A stretch of 43,283 bases of DNA from Candidatus Nanoarchaeia archaeon (GCA_030745695.1 JASLOB010000014.1:1-43283); one strand, 5' to 3'; numbered from the stretch's first letter, positions 1 to 9,500 are shown. Numbers and translations are program-made. Notes: generated by a model from the sequence alone, not told the origin.

Positions 1-327
1 ATGTCAAGATTATCATTCTTAAACCTATTTAGTAAACTAAATAAATATAATAGGTTACATGAATTAAAAACTGAACTTGGAGTGATAGAATTCGTTCGTT
101 CATTAAAACCAGGAATTTATTGTCCTTCTGTTATAAATGACCCAAATAGATTTCCTCCTGAAGAGATAGGTAAATGTGAATATCCAAACATAGAATGTCC
201 TTATATGAAAGACGATAGAAAATGTGGATATAAAAAACATCCCATAGATGTCACAGATTGGTATGAAAAAGCATCAAAACCAAGATATAGTGAGAAAAAT
301 AGTCTTGAAAAAGAGCTCAATGAATAA
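1..327 (+). CDS. hypothetical protein, Cys-rich (possible metal binding)
   Basis: 108-aa ORF with CEYPNIECPY..KCGY cluster; no family recognised. Confidence 0.6.
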   Translation: MSRLSFLNLFSKLNKYNRLHELKTELGVIEFVRSLKPGIYCPSVINDPNRFPPEEIGKCEYPNIECPYMKDDRKCGYKKHPIDVTDWYEKASKPRYSEKNSLEKELNE

Positions 328-367
328 GTTTAGTAAACCTTTTAAACCAAAATAAAAATAAAATAAA

Positions 368-862
368 ATGATACAAAGAACATTAGTCTTAATCAAACCA
401 GATGGTGTAAAAAGATCTTTAACAGGAGAGATTATTTCTAGATTTGAAAAAATTGGATTAAAGATTATTGGAATGAAGATGCAGTATATTGATAAAGAAT
501 TTGCTCAAAAACATTATACTGAAGATATTTCTAAAAGAAGAGGAGAAAAAGTTAGAAATAATTTATTATATTATATTGCTTCCGGACCAGTTATAGCAAT
601 TTGTTTAGAGGGGGTAGATGTTATTGAAATTATAAGAAAAATTGTAGGAGATACAGAACCAAAATCTGCTATTCCTGGAACTATAAGAGGAGACTATTCT
701 CATGTAAGCTATGGATATGCAGATGATAAAAATCTTCCAGTTAAAAATTTAATCCATGCTTCTGCAAATAAAGAAGATGCTAAAAATGAATTAAAATTAT
801 GGTTTGGAAAAAAAGAAATTCATGACTATAAAGTCGATCATGAAGAACATACTCTAAATTAA
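368..862 (+). CDS. ndk: nucleoside diphosphate kinase
   Basis: RTLVLIKPDGV, GTIRGDY, NLIHAS (catalytic His). Confidence 0.97.
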   Translation: MIQRTLVLIKPDGVKRSLTGEIISRFEKIGLKIIGMKMQYIDKEFAQKHYTEDISKRRGEKVRNNLLYYIASGPVIAICLEGVDVIEIIRKIVGDTEPKSAIPGTIRGDYSHVSYGYADDKNLPVKNLIHASANKEDAKNELKLWFGKKEIHDYKVDHEEHTLN

Positions 863-1679
863 ATAAACCCATAATCAGGAAAATAAGTATATTTATATTC
901 TTCATATGCAATTAATGATTCATAATTGATAATACTTTCTGGAAAATGTCTTCTCAACCCAGTTAAAGTATCATGAATCTTTTCAGCATTATCAACACAT
1001 AAATAAATTAACACATTATATATTCCAACACACTTAACAGACCATAAAACATTCTTATTCATTGATAAAAATTGTTTTAATGTATTTTCTTTATCGTTAT
1101 TTAATCCATTCATTCTTAATAAAATACAATAGACATTATAATTTATAGAAGCATAGTTTATTACAGGAACAAATTTTAAAATTATGCCTCCTTCTATCAT
1201 TTTTTTAATCCTATAAGAAGTAGCATCATGAGAAAGTTTAATTTTTTTAGCTGTACTATAATAAGGAAGAATAGCCTCATCCGATAGTATACTTAAAACC
1301 TTTTTATCTTTATCATCTATCTTAACTTTTTCATTTTTAATTTTTAATTTCTTTTCTTTAAAATCTAAAAAACTTTTTGGAAAAATTCTTGCATTATAAG
1401 TTTTTGTTATAGCTAAAACTTCATAATCTTGTAAATATTCAGAACAATCTCCCAAAATTTTATCTAAGAATGTATCAGACAGTTCTATAACCTTGTATAA
1501 CTCCACTTTTAGTTAGATTATTAACTCTATAACTAATTGCATCTCTTGATAACCCAACTTCTTTAGAAATTTGAGTACTAGACATTCTAGAATTTTGAGA
1601 CAATAAATGTAAAAAATTTTTTATCTTTTAGATCTAACTTTACTTTCTTATCTACTTTAGTCTGTTGTAAATATCTCAT
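859..1679 (-). pseudogene. disrupted tandem (double) Lrp/AsnC-family regulator
   Basis: ATG at 1679 gives KLDLKDKK; extra base in the A6T6 run 1611-1622; next frame gives HTH LHLLSQNSRMSSTQISKEVGLSRDAISYRVNNLTKSGVIQGY, ending at TGA 1475-1477; third frame (ORF 859..1506) holds an intact second HTH+RAM unit (IDDKDKKVLSILS...SYRIKKMIEGGII). Confidence 0.8.
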
Positions 1680-1761
1680 GATTAGTTTAATTCTTAACTT
1701 GTATATAATATTTACGAAAAAAGTGAGATATTTAGTAGAATCCTTCTTATATTTAAAATTA

Positions 1762-2202
1762 TTATAAATGATATTCTTTATTTAATCTTTCTTTTGCTAA
1801 ATTTATATTCTTAGCAGATTCTCTTAAATTTTCTATAGTTATATTTACTTCATCTTTTAATTGATCTAATAATGTATCAAAATTATCAGCTTTTAATAGA
1901 TAACCTTCTTTTCTTGATACAACTAATCCTGAATCTATTAATTTGTCCATATGATGTATTACTGTAGCCCTACTTAAATTAGATCTATCAGCGATATTAT
2001 CACTTGATAATAAATGATCATGATTTGAGGCTTTTATTAATTCTAAAAATATTCTAAAACAAGATTTTTCTTTATCCCTATCATTAAACAACCCTAAACT
2101 ATCAGAAAAAAATTGAAATTCTTCATTAACATCCATATTTCTTGGCTTTCTATATCTTGTTACTTTAATACTAAATTCTTTTATCATCTTATTAATAATC
2201 AT
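1762..2202 (-). CDS. ArsR-like winged-helix transcriptional regulator
   Basis: LSSDNIADRSNLSRATVIHHMDKLIDSGLV HTH; divergent from grpE. Confidence 0.85.
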   Translation of the reverse strand: MIINKMIKEFSIKVTRYRKPRNMDVNEEFQFFSDSLGLFNDRDKEKSCFRIFLELIKASNHDHLLSSDNIADRSNLSRATVIHHMDKLIDSGLVVSRKEGYLLKADNFDTLLDQLKDEVNITIENLRESAKNINLAKERLNKEYHL

Positions 2203-2251
2203 AAGTTATTTAAATAAATTTTGGTTATTCTTATACTAAATTATACAAATC

Positions 2252-2299
2252 TTTATAAATGAGTAGTTTTTAACCTAAACTTGTTGATTTAAAGTCAAC
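2252..2299 (+). promoter_or_regulatory. TATA box and palindromic operator upstream of grpE-dnaK
   Basis: TTTATAAA at 2252-2259; near-perfect inverted repeat GTTGATTTAAAGTCAAC at 2283-2299, about where transcription would start. Confidence 0.55.
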
Positions 2300-2300
2300 T

Positions 2301-2387
2301 AAAAAGAAAAGGCTAGGCTCTTTAGACACCTCAAAGAGCTTACAAGAATGAGTAATAGGTTCGCCTCTTTTTCCTATTATTCCTTGT
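2301..2387 (+). ncRNA. putative structured leader / small RNA (two hairpins plus pseudoknot potential)
   Basis: GCTCTTT/AAAGAGC stem (2317-2339); ACAAG..GAGTAATAGG/CCTATTATTC.CTTGT stem (2342-2387); loop GCCTCTTTTT complementary to AAAAAGA(AAA)GGC at 2301-2313; strand uncertain. Confidence 0.45.
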
Positions 2388-2405
2388 GATACAAACCTTA
2401 AGAAA

Positions 2406-2870
2406 ATGGCAAAAAAAACAAAGAAAGATACAGAAACAAAAGAATTAATTGAAAAGATGCAAAGATTGCAAGCTGAATTTGATAATTATAAGAAATATTT
2501 AGATAAGGAAAAGCAAGAATTTGTTAGATATGCTAATCATGAATTACTATTAAAATTATTAAATATTGCAGATAGTTTTGAGTTAGCTCTTAAAAGTAAA
2601 GAAGAAAATAAAGATTTTATTAAAGGAATAGAATTAATTTATGCTCAACTTTTTTCATTATTAGAGAAAGAAGGATTAATAAAAATAAAAACTAAAGGAG
2701 AAAAATTAAATCCTGAACTTCATGAAGTTATGTTAACAGAAAATGGTAATGAAGATAATATAATTCTAGAAGAGATACAAAGTGGATATATGATTAATGA
2801 TAAAGTATTGAGATGTGCAAAAGTAAAAGTAAGTAAACAACTGGACGGAAAAGATGAACATAGAAGATAG
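2406..2870 (+). CDS. grpE: nucleotide exchange factor GrpE
   Basis: RLQAEFDNYKK, LNPELHEV, GYMINDKVLRCAKVKV. Confidence 0.95.
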   Translation: MAKKTKKDTETKELIEKMQRLQAEFDNYKKYLDKEKQEFVRYANHELLLKLLNIADSFELALKSKEENKDFIKGIELIYAQLFSLLEKEGLIKIKTKGEKLNPELHEVMLTENGNEDNIILEEIQSGYMINDKVLRCAKVKVSKQLDGKDEHRR

Positions 2871-3117
2871 GTTATATGGTATAAAACTTGAAGCTCAAGC
2901 AGACGCTATATTTGAAAAAGCAAACTATAGTTATAATAGAGTGGAAGAAACTGAAGATGTCTCACAAAAACTAGAATATCTTGAATATGCAGAAAAATTA
3001 TATATTGCAATATTAAGAAAATGGAGAGATAATCATAGAAATAATCAAAGAGAAATAGGTAAAAAAATTAGATCAATTAAATCAATTAGAAAAGAGTTAG
3101 GAGGACAAAATGAGTAA
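2854..3117 (+). CDS. small helical hypothetical protein between grpE and dnaK
   Basis: 87-aa ORF overlapping both neighbours. Confidence 0.6.
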   Translation: MNIEDRLYGIKLEAQADAIFEKANYSYNRVEETEDVSQKLEYLEYAEKLYIAILRKWRDNHRNNQREIGKKIRSIKSIRKELGGQNE

Positions 3118-4969
3118 AATATTAGGAATAGATTTAGGAACATCAAATTCAGCAGCTGCTATAATCCAAGCTGGAAGACCAACAATAGTACCAAGTGCAG
3201 AAGGTGCATCATTATATGGAAAAGCATTTCCAAGTGTTGTAGCATTTAATAATGGATCAGTATTAGTAGGAGAACCAGCTAAAAGACAAGCAGTTTCAAA
3301 CCCAAAAAATACAATAATGGCTGCAAAAAGAAAAATGGGTTCAGGTTTTAAATATGAAATAGATAATAAAGAATACACTCCTCAACAAATTTCTGCTTTT
3401 ATTCTACAAAAAATAAAGAAAGATGCAGAAGAATTTTTAGGGGAAAAAATAGAAAAAGCAGTTGTTACAGTTCCTGCTTATTTTGATGATGATCAAAGAC
3501 AAGCAACAAAAGATGCAGGAAAAATAGCTGGGTTGGATGTTGTAAGAATAATTAATGAACCAACAGCTGCATCTTTAGCTTATGGATTAGATAAAAAAGA
3601 AAAAGAACAAAAGATTTTAGTATTTGATTTTGGTGGTGGAACATTAGATGTAACAATAATGGAGTTTGGGGATGGAGTTTTTGAAGTTAAATCTACTTCT
3701 GGAGATACGCAATTAGGTGGAACAGATATGGATGAAACAATAATGAAACATATTCTTGAAAATTTCCAAAAAGAAACAGGAATAGATGTAAATGATGATC
3801 CAACTGCTCTTCAAAGAGTAAGAGAAGCTGCAGAAAAAGCTAAAATTGAATTGTCTACTACATTAGAAACTGATGTTAATCTACCATTTATCTCTGCAAC
3901 AGATAAAGGTCCTAAACATTTAAACATGAAGTTAACAAGAGCAGAACTAGAAAGATTAGTTGATTCAACTGTTAATAAATGTAAGAAAGCTTTAGAACAA
4001 TCATTAAAAGATTCTAAATTAACTAGTAAAGATATTGATAAAGTAATTTTAGTTGGTGGACCTACAAGAATGCCAATTGTAAGAAAATTTGTAGAAGATT
4101 TTATTGGAAAAGAATCTGAAAGAGGGGTAGATCCAATGGAATGTGTTGCAAATGGTGCAGCAGTACAAGGAGGAGTGTTAGCTGGAGATGTTAAAGATGT
4201 ATTATTATTAGATGTTACACCATTAACATTAGGAATAGAAACATTAGGTGGAATAAAAACTCAATTAATTGAGAGAAATACTACAATTCCAACTAAAAAA
4301 TCTCAAGTTTTCTCAACAGCAACAGATAATCAGCCAGCTGTAACTATTAATGTATTACAAGGAGAAAGAGAGATGGCTTCCGATAACAAAAGTTTAGGAA
4401 GATTTGAATTAACAGGATTGCCTCCAGCTCCTAGAGGGGTTCCTCAAATTGAGGTTGCATTTGACATAGATGCTAATGGAATTATTAATGTTAATGCAAA
4501 AGATATGGGAACTGGAAAAGAACAAACAATTAAGATTACTGCATCTCAAAAATTAGATGAGAAAGAAGTAGAAAAAATGAAGAAAGATGCTGAAAAATAT
4601 GCTGAAGAAGATAAAAAAAGAAAAGAAGACATTGAAGTAAGAAATAACGCAGACACTACTATATACACTACTGAAAAAATGATCAAAGATCAAGGTGACA
4701 AAATAGATAGAGAAACTAAAGATAAGATAGAAAAAGAAATTAATGAATTAAAAGAAACAGTAAAAGAAAATAATACAGAAAAAATAAAAGCTAAATTAGA
4801 AGAGGTTAACAAAGTAGCTCAAGAAATTGGTACAAAAATGTATCAAGAAGCTATGAAAGAACAACAAGAAAAGGCTAAAACAGAAGATAAAAAAGAAACT
4901 AAAGATAAAGAAAAAGTAGTTGACGCTGAAGTTGTTGATGAAAAAGAAGGAAAGAAAGAAAAAAAATAA
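3110..4969 (+). CDS. dnaK: Hsp70 chaperone DnaK
   Basis: [50 protein letters not shown] upstream. Confidence 0.99.
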   Translation: MSKILGIDLGTSNSAAAIIQAGRPTIVPSAEGASLYGKAFPSVVAFNNGSVLVGEPAKRQAVSNPKNTIMAAKRKMGSGFKYEIDNKEYTPQQISAFILQKIKKDAEEFLGEKIEKAVVTVPAYFDDDQRQATKDAGKIAGLDVVRIINEPTAASLAYGLDKKEKEQKILVFDFGGGTLDVTIMEFGDGVFEVKSTSGDTQLGGTDMDETIMKHILENFQKETGIDVNDDPTALQRVREAAEKAKIELSTTLETDVNLPFISATDKGPKHLNMKLTRAELERLVDSTVNKCKKALEQSLKDSKLTSKDIDKVILVGGPTRMPIVRKFVEDFIGKESERGVDPMECVANGAAVQGGVLAGDVKDVLLLDVTPLTLGIETLGGIKTQLIERNTTIPTKKSQVFSTATDNQPAVTINVLQGEREMASDNKSLGRFELTGLPPAPRGVPQIEVAFDIDANGIINVNAKDMGTGKEQTIKITASQKLDEKEVEKMKKDAEKYAEEDKKRKEDIEVRNNADTTIYTTEKMIKDQGDKIDRETKDKIEKEINELKETVKENNTEKIKAKLEEVNKVAQEIGTKMYQEAMKEQQEKAKTEDKKETKDKEKVVDAEVVDEKEGKKEKK

Positions 4970-5006
4970 TTTAATGTAGTAATAAAAAATCATAGTAACG
5001 AAGAAA

Positions 5007-5696
5007 ATGAATTTGGAGAGAAAAGCATTAAAAAATGGAAATAAAAAACAAGCTTTTATTATAAGAACTATAAACAAAGTAGGTAATTCTTTTTTAGGTA
5101 CTCCAACTGAATTAAGGATTATTGGAGGATATAAAGAAGGAAAAACCCAACTTGAACTTACAGAAGAATTTCTTCAAGAAGTAATTAAAAAATATGGCCT
5201 TGATGTAGCTAAACCAGTTGCATTTTATATCATTAAACATTCGGATAATCTAACAAATGAACAAAGAAATGAATTAAGATATGATCATTGTAGGAATGGT
5301 GGGAAAAAAGCCCATAGACTAAGAATGGGAGTGCACGGAATGAGTGCAAATAAAAGAAGAAGTATAGGAAAAGATGTTTATGAATTAGGATTAGGAATAC
5401 ATGGATTGACAAAAGAAGAAAAAAGTAAGAATGCTAGAGAAGGTGCTAGAAATTCTGCAAAATCTAGAGGACAACATCCTTGGAATGATATACCTTGTAG
5501 AGAAGATTTTGTTGAAGGTGAGAATAAAATAGATATGCCTGAAATAGCTTATGCTTATAATCAAAGACTAGATAAGATCCCTTTATCCCAAGTGATAGAT
5601 GATATAAATGAAAAATGGAATTATAATAGAAACAATAGATCATTGATAAATGCACTATATAGATTTAGAGAATCACTTGATGGTCAACAAAAATAA
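5007..5696 (+). CDS. hypothetical protein with repeated G(V/I)HG(M/L) motifs and possible C-terminal helical DNA-binding domain
   Basis: MGVHGMSANKRR / LGIHGLTKEEKS repeats; C-term VIDDINEKWNYNRNNRSLINALYRFR. Confidence 0.65.
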   Translation: MNLERKALKNGNKKQAFIIRTINKVGNSFLGTPTELRIIGGYKEGKTQLELTEEFLQEVIKKYGLDVAKPVAFYIIKHSDNLTNEQRNELRYDHCRNGGKKAHRLRMGVHGMSANKRRSIGKDVYELGLGIHGLTKEEKSKNAREGARNSAKSRGQHPWNDIPCREDFVEGENKIDMPEIAYAYNQRLDKIPLSQVIDDINEKWNYNRNNRSLINALYRFRESLDGQQK

Positions 5697-5707
5697 ATGA
5701 AAAATAT

Positions 5708-5791
5708 AATAAATTATATCATAATGGGGCTGAAGTTAGGTATGGTGTCTCAGTATCAGGTGCTTTGCATAGATTCAGAAATAGAGGCTAA
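5708..5791 (+). pseudogene. C-terminal relic of a paralogue of ORF 5007..5696
   Basis: startless frame NKLYHNGAEVRYGVSVSGALHRFRNRG* resembles NEKWNYNRNNRSLINALYRFRES. Confidence 0.45.
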
Positions 5792-5850
5792 GTTTCAAAA
5801 TAATAATTACAAATGGATACCATTTTATATCTAAATAATTTCTAGATTAA

Positions 5851-6483
5851 GTGAAAAAAGAGATATTAAAATTAATATTGATAGTATCGTTAATTTTTAT
5901 AATAGGTTGTACACAAAATATAGATAACATAATCATATGTAACTCACCCTATATTAAATCTTCTTTTGGTTGTTGTTTAGATAAAAATAATAATCTTATT
6001 TGTGATAGAGAAGAAGATCAAGAAGAAATTAAAAAATCTTTAGAAGAAGTTATAGTTAATGTTATACAAAAACCTAGAGAAGAGATTATTGAAAGACAAA
6101 AAAACTTAGAAAAATTAAGATCGGCACATAAATTTTGTAATCAAGATTTAGATTATAATTTCATGGAAATTTGTAGAGTTAGTGGTGATAAATTTAGATT
6201 ACTTGTTGCTAATGAAGGAAAAATAAATATAAGGAGATTCAAAGGAGAATTTATTATGATAGATAATTTCATTGTGGATAGATTATTATATTTTGATTCG
6301 GGAGTGGGGGAAGGGATAAGATTTAGAGATAGAGAATCAGATACTATATTTTTAGGAGAGGAGCCTATAGCAATAAGGATAACTCCAATCATAGTAGAAA
6401 ATGGAACAATAATAACTTGTTCAAAAAAATCACAAAAAATAGGAAATGTTTACTCTCCACTTAAAATGGAATTTTGTAGATGA
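5851..6483 (+). CDS. putative lipoprotein / surface protein
   Basis: signal peptide ending IIGC (lipobox-like), Cys motif CNSPYIKSSFGCCLDKNNNLICD. Confidence 0.75.
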   Translation: MKKEILKLILIVSLIFIIGCTQNIDNIIICNSPYIKSSFGCCLDKNNNLICDREEDQEEIKKSLEEVIVNVIQKPREEIIERQKNLEKLRSAHKFCNQDLDYNFMEICRVSGDKFRLLVANEGKINIRRFKGEFIMIDNFIVDRLLYFDSGVGEGIRFRDRESDTIFLGEEPIAIRITPIIVENGTIITCSKKSQKIGNVYSPLKMEFCR

Positions 6484-6484
6484 A

Positions 6485-6504
6485 TTCTTCCCCACGGCCG
6501 GATT
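6485..6504. repeat. att-like direct repeat (copy of tRNA-Tyr 3' end)
   Basis: TTCTTCCCCACGGCCGGATT identical to 12535-12554. Confidence 0.93.
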
Positions 6505-6567
6505 GATACTTGGAGTTCAATCCCTATGGGTTGTTTAGATTAAATTTTAATAGTAAGTATTAAATAT

Positions 6568-7089
6568 TTATATTTTAAAATCCTTATGAACTTGTGAAGG
6601 TTTTGGGCCAATACTATTTTGATATTTTCCATGATATAAAACTATTTTTCCTTTTGGAACCCAGAAGCTTATTTGTCCAATCAACATTCCAGGATATAAT
6701 TTTATATTTTTAGTTGCATACAACTGAAAAGTTACGTTTCCTATAGAACCTAGGTCAATTAAATCAGCAGTAATATGTACAAATAAACCTAATCTTGCTA
6801 TTCCTGATTTGGCATGTATTAATGGTACTAATTTTTTACTTCCTACTATTTCTTTACTATGTCCTAAAATAAAATCTCCTTTTTTTAATAATAATCCTTT
6901 TTTTGGTATTTTTTTAATTTTATATTTATTTTCTATTGCAGGATCTAAAATTTTATTAATATAAGTTAAATATTCACTTCCTAATGTTAAATCATAAGAA
7001 TTTGTAGTAATATTTTTATGATTAAATGGTTTAATAATAATATTTCCTTTTCTGACTTGTTTTTTTATTTCTTCTCCAGTTAGTATCAT
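6568..7089 (-). CDS. dcd: dCTP deaminase (trimeric dUTPase superfamily) paralogue A
   Basis: MILTGEEI, NSYDLTLG, AKSGIARLGLFVHITADLIDLG, YPGMLIGQISF, YHGKYQ; catalytic Glu position is Gln. Confidence 0.85.
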   Translation of the reverse strand: MILTGEEIKKQVRKGNIIIKPFNHKNITTNSYDLTLGSEYLTYINKILDPAIENKYKIKKIPKKGLLLKKGDFILGHSKEIVGSKKLVPLIHAKSGIARLGLFVHITADLIDLGSIGNVTFQLYATKNIKLYPGMLIGQISFWVPKGKIVLYHGKYQNSIGPKPSQVHKDFKI

Positions 7090-7577
7090 TTTAATCCTCT
7101 TAACTTAGATTGTTTAGGTTTATTATATTTTGAATAACTTTTTCTGTAAGGGATTATGTTGCCATAGTTATCCCAAAAAGAAATTTGTCCTATGATCATA
7201 TTTGGATAAATCCTAAGTGATTTTGCAGAGACCAATTCTAAGGTCCAAGAATGTTTAGAACCAGTATGCCCTAGATTTGCTGATACTTGTAAAAACAATC
7301 CCAACCTCCCTAATGAACTTCTACCAATTAGACTCATAGCATACTTTTTGCTACCAAGGATTTCATATGTGCTTGCTAGATATATTTGATGAGGTTTAAG
7401 AACAAAACCTTTCTTAGGAATTTTTTCCTTTTTCATTCTACTTTTAGAAAAAACAACTATTTCTTCTCCTATTCTATAATTATAACTATTAGGATTTATT
7501 TGATTTTTATTGAAAGGAGTGATAGTTATATTTGATTTTTTAATCTCTTTTATTATTTCATCTCCTGTCAATATCAC
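7086..7577 (-). CDS. dcd: dCTP deaminase paralogue B
   Basis: probable GTG start at 7577 (VILTGDEI), NPNSYNYRIG, GRSSLGRLG, WTLEL, YPNMIIGQISF; conserved Asp replaced by His. Confidence 0.85.
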   Translation of the reverse strand: MILTGDEIIKEIKKSNITITPFNKNQINPNSYNYRIGEEIVVFSKSRMKKEKIPKKGFVLKPHQIYLASTYEILGSKKYAMSLIGRSSLGRLGLFLQVSANLGHTGSKHSWTLELVSAKSLRIYPNMIIGQISFWDNYGNIIPYRKSYSKYNKPKQSKLRGLK

Positions 7578-7578
7578 T

Positions 7579-8394
7579 TTAGAACAACTCCACATACCTC
7601 TTAGGATAGATACTTTTCCTATATCTCAACACTAAAACAGTATAACCTTGGTATGGTCTTAGGCTATTAGACATCTTCTTAATTTCTAATAGCCGATTAT
7701 ACATAGAATCGTATAATTCTTTACTATCAATTTTTTTCTCTTTACAAACTCTTTGAATTGTGCTATGACAATAATGTTCTAATTCCTCATCAGTTTCTTG
7801 TAATAGGTCATTTCTTTCTTCGTATAATATCTCAAGACCTTTATACATTTTGGTTATATTCTTATATGAATCTATAGTCGGAAGAATATCAAAAACTTTT
7901 TCAAATTTAGAAATCAAACTTTCAGGGATTGGTGATTTAATATAAAATGGTGAAGCTAAAATAAATCCTCCCTCTTCTAAATATCCAATACATTTTTTTA
8001 ACATTTCTTCAGGTCTAGGAAAAAACTTTAATGATGCCCCAAGAATAATATGTGTGAATTTTTCCTTTGTTTCGAACTTATAACCATCTTCTACAGAATA
8101 ATCAATTTTAATTTTAGAGGCATATTCCTTTTTATTTTCAATTGCTGCTTCCACAGATTTTTTGGAGATATCAAATGCTTTTCCTTTACAATCACTTATT
8201 AATGCCAACTCTCTTGAAGAAAAACCAGTAGAACATGCTACTTCTAAGATATTAGAATCTTTATTCAAATTAGAAAAGACTTTCCATTTAGACAGAGTAT
8301 TAAATGAGCCAGGAAGAACATTCCATTGATTGATAAAACCAACAAAATCAGTATAAGACATTTTCTCAATATCTTCAATTGTTGTCTCTTCCAT
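7579..8394 (-). CDS. class I SAM-dependent methyltransferase
   Basis: motif I ILEVACSTG, AFDISK, VEDG, YLEEGGFI. Confidence 0.88.
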   Translation of the reverse strand: MEETTIEDIEKMSYTDFVGFINQWNVLPGSFNTLSKWKVFSNLNKDSNILEVACSTGFSSRELALISDCKGKAFDISKKSVEAAIENKKEYASKIKIDYSVEDGYKFETKEKFTHIILGASLKFFPRPEEMLKKCIGYLEEGGFILASPFYIKSPIPESLISKFEKVFDILPTIDSYKNITKMYKGLEILYEERNDLLQETDEELEHYCHSTIQRVCKEKKIDSKELYDSMYNRLLEIKKMSNSLRPYQGYTVLVLRYRKSIYPKRYVELF

Positions 8395-8395
8395 T

Positions 8396-9484
8396 TTATA
8401 TTACTCCTGCTTCAATTATCTTTATTTCTTTATTTTTTGCATCTAACTTGATTTTGATTCCATAAGGAATTGTCATCATAGGCATTATATGGCCAAATTG
8501 TAAATTTGTTGCGATAACTAAATCTTCTCTCCCATATTCTTTTGCTACTTCAAGTAAAGCACGTTCATATTTTTCAAAATTCTGTAAATGTTTTTTTAAT
8601 TTAATTTCATATTCACTATCATCAAATTCAATATCTCCTCCAGGGATTCCGAAAATAATTCCATTTATCTTATTTAAAATTCCTTGTGCACCATAGTTTC
8701 TTAGCCAATATTTAAATTGGTTTGGAGAGGGGATATCTTCAGAAGTCTCTAAGAATAAGATTGTGTTATTCCATGCAGATTCATTTGGCCATAATTTCGT
8801 TCCTTTAATAATCTCTAAAACATCTGCACAACCACCTATCAAATTTCCTTCTACCTCTCCTTTGCCTTGGATAAATTTAATTTGTACAGGCTCTTGCATT
8901 TTTCTTTTAATATCTTGATATTCTTTTTTCCAAGGAACTCTATCTAATGTCCAGCCTTCTTCATTATTTTTTATACCGCCTATAGGTTTTTCTGAAAAAA
9001 GGGCTTTCTCAAAATATTTTTTTGTAAAATCATCTATTCCACCATTTTCTGCAAATCCAAATAATACTGAAGGTCCATAAAAAGATAAAAGGCCTGCCTT
9101 TAAACATAAGAGATGGGTAACTGTACTATCAGAAAAACCAATAAATATTTTTGGATTATTTTTTATGATAGCTAAATGTTCTTCTTTTAAGAAATCTAAT
9201 AGTCTTATGGAATCATCCCCTCCAATTATTGAGATAATTGCTTTAACTTCAGGATTTTTAAATGCCCAAATTAAATCATTTAATCTTTCTTCAGGATGTG
9301 AATATATCCAATCAGGAGATTTTAATGCATTAGGTGTTTCTATAACTTTTAATTTAAAAGTTTCTTCTAACTGTCTTTTTCCAGTTTCATACTTATCCTT
9401 ATACTCAAAAGCGCCACCCCAAGATAAAGTAATAAATGCTACAGTATCTCCTTCTTTGAGTTTTTTTGGTTTAATGTAATCCAT
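8396..9484 (-). CDS. S66 family peptidase (MccF / LD-carboxypeptidase-like)
   Basis: KPKKLKEGDTVA, IGGDDS, IFIGFSDST (Ser), GNLIGGC, LFLETSE (Glu), FGHIMP (His). Confidence 0.92.
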   Translation of the reverse strand: MDYIKPKKLKEGDTVAFITLSWGGAFEYKDKYETGKRQLEETFKLKVIETPNALKSPDWIYSHPEERLNDLIWAFKNPEVKAIISIIGGDDSIRLLDFLKEEHLAIIKNNPKIFIGFSDSTVTHLLCLKAGLLSFYGPSVLFGFAENGGIDDFTKKYFEKALFSEKPIGGIKNNEEGWTLDRVPWKKEYQDIKRKMQEPVQIKFIQGKGEVEGNLIGGCADVLEIIKGTKLWPNESAWNNTILFLETSEDIPSPNQFKYWLRNYGAQGILNKINGIIFGIPGGDIEFDDSEYEIKLKKHLQNFEKYERALLEVAKEYGREDLVIATNLQFGHIMPMMTIPYGIKIKLDAKNKEIKIIEAGVI

Positions 9485-9500
9485 TTTTATATTTTCCTAA

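Noticed and set aside
6510..6524. GGAGTTCAATCCC resembling a tRNA T-arm on the plus strand
   Set aside because: No acceptor, D or anticodon arms can be built around it
7578..7595. ATG start (MWSCSK) for dcd paralogue B given in the ORF track
   Set aside because: GTG at 7577 aligns with MILTG of paralogue A, follows the upstream stop and has a GGAG SD
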